Assembly: GCA_965240325.2 (NCBI GenBank)
Contig: OZ251242.1
Coordinates: 930,001-994,000 of the forward strand
Direction of reading: 5' to 3'
Source: Rebecca billardiae RCC1528
Lineage: Eukaryota > Protista > Haptophyta
DNA length: 64,000 bases
In this document: positions 57,336 to 64,000 of the stretch, piece by piece
Layout of the letters: each line of letters begins with the position of its first letter
How positions within the stretch are numbered: the stretch's first letter is position 1
Made by a program: the position numbers and the translations under genes
Notes under the pieces: model-generated
What the model was told of the DNA's origin: nothing
Database searches by the model: none
The model's input: the letters and a program-made list of their open reading frames with translations, nothing else

Positions 57336-60300
57336 TGGCGGAGCCGCCGGGTGGCGACATGCGTGACCAGCTCCCGCCGCGAGCTCTCGTCCTCAAGCCG
57401 CAGGACCTCCGCACGGCCATCTCCGTTCTTGTGGTCATGGTCACGTCGAAGCCGGACATGGACGTCGCGCTCGCGTTCTCCAACCCGTCCTCGCCCCTCG
57501 AGCCGGGCAAGGACGATACCGGCGCGGACAAGCCCATCGTCTGCCCCCCGTCCACCGCCGCCGCCACCATCCAGGCCAAGCAGCTGCGCACGCAGGCTTT
57601 CATCGTGCAGTTGCTTCTCAAGGCGGTCGCTCCTCGCATCCTCGACCCGATCATCGCGCAGTTGCAGCACTCGGGTCTCGGGCTCGAGCTGTCTCATCTC
57701 GTCAACGCGCTCAACGTGCGCTGCAACAGCTCCCGCCCCTCCTCGCTCGTCGCCAAGCTGTACGCCCTGCTCTCGATCAAACTGTCGCCGAGCGAGAGCT
57801 TCCACGCCTTTGCTGCCCGCGTGATGTCCAACGCCACGGAGCTGCGCGGCGTCGAGATCAAGGACGACATCTTCACGCTCGTCGTGATCCTCGTGAACCT
57901 CTACGGCCGCAACCCGTCCTTCGTCAGCTCGGTGATCGCGACGATGAACGACCAGCCCATCTCGGTGGAGGATCTCATCGAGCGCGTGCACGATCTCGAC
58001 CGCGTCGCCGCCGCCGCCAACGGCACGAACCCCAACCGCCAGGCCGTCAACGCGCTCACCTCCAAGGGCCAGCCCGGCGCATCCATGCCTCCTACCCCGT
58101 GCAAGTACTGCGGCGGCATGCACTGGAACCGCGACTGCCCGAACCGCCCCCAGACGTCCACCTCGCGCTCCTCGGGCGCGACGCCCGCAGCCGACGCTCG
58201 CTCCGGCGGCGCGCGCCGCCCGACTCACAAGTCCAACAAGCTCCAGCGCGTGCCCTCCGCGCCCTCGCAGTCGCAGCCGCAGCCGACGCCGCAGCGGGCG
58301 AAGCCGTCGGCGACCACGACGCGCGTGCGGCTCATCCAGGACGGCACGCCGACGCTCAACGCCATCTCCATCTCGGGCTCGGCGTCAGGCCCCAACTCGC
58401 AGCCGGCGGCGACCGACGCCGACGCGCCGCCGCCGCCGCCCGCCAACTCGCAGCCGCCCGCCGACTCGCCGCTGTCGCGGGCGCGCTTCAACTCGCTGCC
58501 GACGCTCGTCCTCACGCCGTCGTCGCGGCAGCCCGCCGGCGCGCCGCCGCCGCCGCCGGCGCCCGCCAACTCGCCGCCGCCCGCCGACCCGCAGCTGTCG
58601 CGGGCCCACTCCAACTCGCAGCCGGCGCTCACCAACACGCCGCCGCTGCCGCCGCCCGCCGACTCGCAGCAGCCGGCGCTGTCGCTCATCGACCAGCAGC
58701 CGGCGCTCTACTCGCCGCCGCCGCCGCTGTTCGACCCGCCGACGCAGGCCAGCTCGCCGCCGCCGCCCTTCGGCCCGCCGTCGCCGCCGACGCAGGTCGA
58801 CTCGCCGTCGCCGCCGGCGTCTGAGGCCGGCTCCCCGATCCAGCTCGCGACGGCGGCCGAGCTCGAGCGCGGCCAGAATGTGCTCATCATGGCGTTGCGC
58901 CAGTCCATCCGCAAGCCCGCCTCCTACGAGCCGTTCCACTTCAAGCCGTTCCGTCTCGCCAACCCCCCGGACGACCGCGACGACTCCGCCTCCGACTCGG
59001 CCTCGGAGACGGACGATGAGCTGCCGGACCTTGTCCCGTGCACTCCCTCGTCCACGACCTCGGCTTCGGACGCGGCCTCGGACACGTCCGACGACTGCCC
59101 CAGCCTGGACGACGTCTCCACCGCGGGCAACTACACCTACCCGCTCGGCCACCTCGGCCAGCTCGCCGGAGAGCCGCTCACGCTCAGCCCGTACGAGTTC
59201 CTCGCCGCAGCCGCCGCGGCCGAGGCCGAGATCCATCGCGCACGGTCTTTCGGTGACGCCGGCGCCTACATCGATGACCTGATCGTCCGGTACGAGCCGC
59301 CGCCGCCGCGGTTCAAGCACGAGGGTCGGCTCCGCGCGCTCTTCAAGTCCTCGCACGGTGCCTTCCTCTTCCTCGTCGCGCTCGCCGTCCTCGCCATCAT
59401 CTCGATCCTCACCGCGGTCACCTGCTGCGCCCGCACCGGCCCGCCCATCATCTGCGGCGTCTCCCGCTCGTTTGACCCGATCAACCCGACCTGCATCCAG
59501 CAGCCGTTGCTCGCCGATCCGGAGGAGATTGAGAACGTGCACTCGACGATCTCCTTCGCCATCGGCACGCCGTTCACAGGCGACATCGCCCAGGCGAGCA
59601 TCTCGATCATGATCGACACCGGCGCGGACACCACCATCGCCTCGACCGCGTTCTCTCGGTTTGCCGCCAAGTCCTTCCGCCAGTTCTCGGAGGCGCGCGC
59701 GGCGAACGGCACGCGGATCAAGATCAACACCTCGGCCTCGTTCGCCCTTGGCATGCGCTCGATCGACGGCGACCTCATCACGCTGCCGCTCATGGACGTC
59801 CCGCTCTCTCCAGACGTCCCGGGCTTCTACATGAGCGACACTTGGCTGACCCGCCTCGGCATCTCGTTCATCTCGCTCGCGGCGCCGACCACCTTCATGT
59901 CCGGCGCCACCCCGATCCACGCGCAGGGCGGCCGGTACCTGCTGTACGGCGACAAGCTCGTTCCTCTGCACGGCCGCGATCTCGCATGCGCCGTCTTCAT
60001 CCCGGACGACGACTCGCCGTCGCCCACCATCGCCGCGTCCGGCCTCCACGTGCCGCCCGCCCCGCTCCAGTCCTCGCTGCCGCCGCCGCCGGCGCAGCCG
60101 CCCACGTCCGACGGCGCTCTCGTCATCGTGACCATGGACCAGGCCTCGCAGACCGCCGACCTTGCGCCGGACGACGACACGTTCTGCGACGAGTGCTGCG
60201 TCGAGTTCAAGGACACCGACGAGCTCTCGCGCGTCGCTCACCTCCGGCTCGGCCACGCTCACGCCGCTGCCGTCAACCGCACGCTCGCCGCATCCAAGCA

Positions 60301-63091
60301 CCTCGGCGCGCGCAACCTCAAGTCGGACTGCTCGTGCGCGCTCGCCAAGATGAAGCGCAACTCGTTCACGTCCACGTCGCCCCGCTCGGAGAAGGCGTTC
60401 GTGCTCGTCCATGTCGACGTCGCCGGCTACGTCGACGGCAAGTTCATCGTGAACCCGGACGATTTTGCCAAGTTCTACGTGATCGTGTTTGTCGACGACT
60501 ACACCCGGGCCGGCTTCATCTACTTCCTCGACCGCCGCTCGGACGCACCGGAGGCGATGCGACGCTTCATCGACGACATGTCGGTCTACGGCCACACCGT
60601 CAGCCGCTTCCGCGTCGACGGCGCCCCCGAGCTCAACTCGACCGACTGGGAGGGCATCTGCCGCGCCCACGGCATCGCCCCCAACCAGGTCACGCCGCCC
60701 GACACGCCGCAGCACAACCCGATCGCCGAGCGCTTCATCCAGACGCTCTTCAACGCGGCGCGCTCGATCCTGTTCCACTCCAAGCTGCGCATCGACGCCT
60801 ACGCCAAGGACGCGCTGCGCCACGCCGCGTACATCATCCGCCGCATCGCCACGCCGGTGACGTTCGACAAGACGCCGTTCGAGCTGCTGCGCGGCTTCCC
60901 GCCAGATCTCGCTCAGCTGCGTGTCTTCGGCTGCGTCGCCTACGTCGTGCCGCCGAACACGCACTTCAAGAAGCTCGACCCGCGCGCCGTCATGGGCGTC
61001 TACGTCGGCCACGGCGACGACGGCCACATGGTGAACGTCCCGCCCAAGAACCGCACGCGCTACACGAAGGCGATCATCGTGCGCGTGCCCGGCGACGGCC
61101 AGATCGTCCCGGACATGTTCATCATCTCGCACCACGTGCGCTTCGACGAGGACACGCTCTACGTCGACCACCCCGACGCCGCTCACATCGCGCGCGACCC
61201 GCTCGCCGCCGCGCCGCAGCTGCCGCCGACGCCGCCGCCGCTCGACCTCCATGCTGCCGATGTGGGTAATGGGGGAAGTTCCCACGGCGCCGTCCGGCGC
61301 CGCGATGGCGCCGGCGCATTCGGACACGCTGAGCGGGTGGGGGACGCACCGCACGCCTACGTCGGAGACGCTGACGACGACGCCGCCGGCGCCGAGGACT
61401 CCCTCGATGTCGGCAACGCGCTCAACGACGACGACCCGCCCTCATCTCGCACGCGCGCGCGCGCACACGTCAACTCGGTCGCGTCGCCGACTTACTCCAA
61501 GCTGCCGCGCATCTACGCGCTCCTGCTCGCCATCGGACTCTCGGACACGCCGACGGCGGTGCAAGCACTCAGCGGCCCGCATGCGACGCAGTTCGCCGCC
61601 GCTCTCGACGCCGAGTACGCCTCCATCCTGGCCAACGACACGTGGGTGGAGGTGCCGCGCAAGCCGGGGATGCGCACGCTGAAGGCGGCGCCCGTGTTCA
61701 ACATCAAGCGCGACAAGAAGGGCAACATCAAGCGGTTCAAGGCCCGCGTCGTGGGCAAGGGCTTCACGCAGATCGAGGGCATCGACTACGACGAGACCTT
61801 CTCCTCGGTCGTCCGCTACGAGACCCTCAAGATGATCATCGCCATCGCCGCGGCCAAGCAGCGCCGCCTCTTCCACGGCGACTTCACGACGGCGTACCTC
61901 AACGCGCCGATCGACTACGAGATCTACCTCGAGCTGCCGCTCGGGTACAAGCCGAAGACGAAGGGCGACGTCGTGCTGCGCCTCCTCAAGAGCCTCTACG
62001 GTCTCAAGCAGTCCGGCCGCAACTGGCGTCTCATGATCGACGACTGGATGAAGGAGTACGGGTTCGCGCAGAGCCAGGCCGACCCGTGCCTCTATGTCCT
62101 CAACACGCAGTCGGGCATCATCGCAGTGTGCATCTACGTGGACGACATGCTCATCCTCGACGACAGCGACGACCCGACCGCCTGCGACAACTTCATCTCG
62201 AAGATCACATCCTCGTACAAGATGACCATCACGGCCGACATCGACGGCTACCTGTCGGCCACGCTCACGCGATCCAAGGACGGCATCATGGTGACCGTCA
62301 CCAAGAACATCCTCGAGCTCCTCGAGAAGACGGGCTTCATGAACTGCAACACGTCCGACACGCCGATGACCGAGGGCCTCAAGCTCGGCCAGTGCTCCGA
62401 GTCGGACGCGCTCGACGCGGAGACGACGACGTTCTTCCGCTCCGTGGTCGGCTCGCTCATCCACATCACGCAGTTTCGCCCGGACATCGCCTACGCCGTC
62501 GGCACGCTCACCCACTTCATGTCCAAGCCGGGCAAGAAGCACCTCGAGGCTGCCAAGCGCGTCATCCGCTACCTCGCCGGCACGCCGAACCACGGCCTCT
62601 TCTTCCGCTCGGGCTCGGACGTCATGCTCGTCGCGTACGTGGACGCCGACTACGCCAACGACCTCCACGACGAGCGCAAGTCTGTCACCGGCTACGTGAT
62701 GCACCTCTGCGGCTCGACGGTGAGCGGCCGCCGCGAGAAGCAGCGCACGACGGCTCTGAGCTCGACCGAAGCTGAGTACATGGCCGTCACCTCCGCCGGC
62801 AAGGAGATCATCTTCATGCGCAAGCTGCTCACCGACCTCGGCTACCCGCAGCTCGCGCCGACCAAGCTCTTCGAGGACAACAAGGCGGTGGTGGACCTCA
62901 CGGACAACGAGAAGTACCACAACCGCACCAAGCACATCGACGTCCAGTACCACTGGAACCGTCAGCACGCCCGCGCCGGCACCTTCAAGCTCTTCTTGAT
63001 CCCCGGCACCGAGAACCCGGCCGACATCATGACCAAGCCGCTCGGCCCGGCCGCCTTCCTCAAACTTCGTGCTCAGATCCTGGGCATGTAA
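57335..63091 (+). CDS. Copia gag-pol polyprotein
   Basis: Zinc knuckle CKYCGGMHWNRDC; protease IDTGAD; HLRLGH; integrase VHVD/VDGAPE/NPIAER; RT KSLYGLKQSGRNW and YVDDML; RNase H YVDADYA, TEAEY, EDN, NPADIMTK. Confidence 0.96.
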   Translation: MAEPPGGDMRDQLPPRALVLKPQDLRTAISVLVVMVTSKPDMDVALAFSNPSSPLEPGKDDTGADKPIVCPPSTAAATIQAKQLRTQAFIVQLLLKAVAPRILDPIIAQLQHSGLGLELSHLVNALNVRCNSSRPSSLVAKLYALLSIKLSPSESFHAFAARVMSNATELRGVEIKDDIFTLVVILVNLYGRNPSFVSSVIATMNDQPISVEDLIERVHDLDRVAAAANGTNPNRQAVNALTSKGQPGASMPPTPCKYCGGMHWNRDCPNRPQTSTSRSSGATPAADARSGGARRPTHKSNKLQRVPSAPSQSQPQPTPQRAKPSATTTRVRLIQDGTPTLNAISISGSASGPNSQPAATDADAPPPPPANSQPPADSPLSRARFNSLPTLVLTPSSRQPAGAPPPPPAPANSPPPADPQLSRAHSNSQPALTNTPPLPPPADSQQPALSLIDQQPALYSPPPPLFDPPTQASSPPPPFGPPSPPTQVDSPSPPASEAGSPIQLATAAELERGQNVLIMALRQSIRKPASYEPFHFKPFRLANPPDDRDDSASDSASETDDELPDLVPCTPSSTTSASDAASDTSDDCPSLDDVSTAGNYTYPLGHLGQLAGEPLTLSPYEFLAAAAAAEAEIHRARSFGDAGAYIDDLIVRYEPPPPRFKHEGRLRALFKSSHGAFLFLVALAVLAIISILTAVTCCARTGPPIICGVSRSFDPINPTCIQQPLLADPEEIENVHSTISFAIGTPFTGDIAQASISIMIDTGADTTIASTAFSRFAAKSFRQFSEARAANGTRIKINTSASFALGMRSIDGDLITLPLMDVPLSPDVPGFYMSDTWLTRLGISFISLAAPTTFMSGATPIHAQGGRYLLYGDKLVPLHGRDLACAVFIPDDDSPSPTIAASGLHVPPAPLQSSLPPPPAQPPTSDGALVIVTMDQASQTADLAPDDDTFCDECCVEFKDTDELSRVAHLRLGHAHAAAVNRTLAASKHLGARNLKSDCSCALAKMKRNSFTSTSPRSEKAFVLVHVDVAGYVDGKFIVNPDDFAKFYVIVFVDDYTRAGFIYFLDRRSDAPEAMRRFIDDMSVYGHTVSRFRVDGAPELNSTDWEGICRAHGIAPNQVTPPDTPQHNPIAERFIQTLFNAARSILFHSKLRIDAYAKDALRHAAYIIRRIATPVTFDKTPFELLRGFPPDLAQLRVFGCVAYVVPPNTHFKKLDPRAVMGVYVGHGDDGHMVNVPPKNRTRYTKAIIVRVPGDGQIVPDMFIISHHVRFDEDTLYVDHPDAAHIARDPLAAAPQLPPTPPPLDLHAADVGNGGSSHGAVRRRDGAGAFGHAERVGDAPHAYVGDADDDAAGAEDSLDVGNALNDDDPPSSRTRARAHVNSVASPTYSKLPRIYALLLAIGLSDTPTAVQALSGPHATQFAAALDAEYASILANDTWVEVPRKPGMRTLKAAPVFNIKRDKKGNIKRFKARVVGKGFTQIEGIDYDETFSSVVRYETLKMIIAIAAAKQRRLFHGDFTTAYLNAPIDYEIYLELPLGYKPKTKGDVVLRLLKSLYGLKQSGRNWRLMIDDWMKEYGFAQSQADPCLYVLNTQSGIIAVCIYVDDMLILDDSDDPTACDNFISKITSSYKMTITADIDGYLSATLTRSKDGIMVTVTKNILELLEKTGFMNCNTSDTPMTEGLKLGQCSESDALDAETTTFFRSVVGSLIHITQFRPDIAYAVGTLTHFMSKPGKKHLEAAKRVIRYLAGTPNHGLFFRSGSDVMLVAYVDADYANDLHDERKSVTGYVMHLCGSTVSGRREKQRTTALSSTEAEYMAVTSAGKEIIFMRKLLTDLGYPQLAPTKLFEDNKAVVDLTDNEKYHNRTKHIDVQYHWNRQHARAGTFKLFLIPGTENPADIMTKPLGPAAFLKLRAQILGM
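57336..57351 (+). promoter_or_regulatory. Primer-binding site TGGCGGAGCCGCCGGG (non-iMet tRNA-like)
   Basis: Starts with TGG directly after the LTR. The reverse complement fits T-stem CCCGG + acceptor CGGCTCC + G + CCA. Confidence 0.65.
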
Positions 63092-63348
63092 GGCCTCGCC
63101 GCATACACGAAGTCCCAGTGCTACATCGGTCGCCGCTCGTCGGACGCACATTGACCTCACGCTGTCTCTTCTGAACGGAGACGCTGCCGGCACCGACTCG
63201 CCCGACTTCTACATCGTCTACTCGGACAACCGCTCCGACGCATGCATCCCATACGGCAACATCGCATCATCTACAATCACACGATGGTCACACGTCTACA
63301 CCCAGTCCCTTCGGGTCGACCAGGTTTCGTACGACCACCGCTGCGATT

Positions 63349-63357
63349 GGGTGGGGG
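63349..63357 (+). promoter_or_regulatory. Polypurine tract
   Basis: GGGTGGGGG immediately before the 3' LTR. Confidence 0.75.
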
Positions 63358-63687
63358 TGTCAAGATCCAACGTTACCCGGACTCGCTCTCCCGTGCGTAC
63401 ACACCCGGATCACCAACCGTCACACTACACCAGACTACACCGACATTCATTATCGAGTCGGGATCATACACGCGCCCATCATGGCCACTTTCCCGACTTA
63501 CCCGTTGATGGCTATCAGTGCCTCCAGCACAGTCTTAGACGGCTCGGGATTCCTTCCTCGCCAGGGCAGTTCAGTTCCGTATCGCTTCACTGCACCTCGA
63601 GTCGAACTCCAGTCCCTCGGGGCATCCTCGCCCCCCTCGTCACGCTCTCGGGCCTCACGGCCCTGTCGCTCTCTTCACCCTTTGACA
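63358..63687 (+). repeat. 3' LTR
   Basis: Copy of 57006-57335. Confidence 0.96.
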
Positions 63688-64000
63688 GACAAAATATTCG
63701 GAATTATTATTCGACGAAAATCGGAAAATGCTATATAGGTAAAAAATCTTTTCAGCGTCAGATCCTGCGCGGAAGTCCGGGCGGCCGGGATCGGCGGTTA
63801 GTATTGAAGCGTCGCCGTCGCGGGCCGAAAAGAGCCCCATGCCGGGCGACTGCGCGATCGCCCCCGCCGCGCGGATGTGGGGTGCACGCCGCTGCGTGGA
63901 GCTTTCGGCGCGCGGCGTCCATGATGGCGCAGTCAGAGTCGATGGTACGCGACGCACCGCCTCTCTCCTTGCCGCCCCCTGCCTTCGCTCGCGCACAATT

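Larger units (their letters stand above)
57006..63687 (+). mobile_element. Intact Ty1/copia LTR retrotransposon
   Basis: 330-bp TG...CA LTRs, 5-bp TSD GACAA (57001-57005 and 63688-63692), PBS, PPT, and a single ORF in gag-PR-IN-RT-RH order. Confidence 0.97.

Noticed and set aside
12700-63200. Many long Arg/Ala/Gly-rich ORFs (e.g. 37663-41844 +, 45237-49262 +, 58385-61354 -, 21841-23970 -)
   Set aside because: Antisense or alternate-frame shadows of real genes. Very high GC3 suppresses stop codons, and they contain no motifs.

Overview
GC-rich eukaryotic genomic DNA with spliceosomal introns bordered by (CG)n tracts. The style suggests a haptophyte alga, possibly Pavlovales; this is an inference. 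Left to right the window holds: (i) two tandem, near-identical Ngaro/PAT-type tyrosine-recombinase retrotransposons (gag, RT-RNase H, YR, split direct repeats A1...B1-A2-B2). RT and RNase H are fused in one copy and frameshifted in the other by a (CG)n-tract indel. (ii) A SET-domain methyltransferase gene. (iii) A 2.4-kb palindromic foldback/MULE-like element with a 9-bp TSD. (iv) A chromo plus tandem-Agenet gene divergent from a CFAP210-like flagellar gene. (v) A frameshifted multi-TM HET/TIR-like gene. (vi) A 22.5-kb gene for a ~7,300-aa DUF3638/DUF3645 P-loop protein carrying thioredoxin, dynein-stalk-like, UBA, Tudor, EF-hand, LamG and ankyrin modules. (vii) A divergent bestrophin. (viii) A non-autonomous hAT element (8-bp TSD, BED finger). 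(ix) An intact, very recent Ty1/copia element whose polyprotein has an unusual ~490-aa insert with a second YIDD motif and a TM helix. Non-coding and inactive DNA shows many 2-5-bp AT-seeded microduplications, including one textbook TA-CAG-TA Tc1/mariner excision footprint. All domain calls come from motif recognition by eye; no searches were run.
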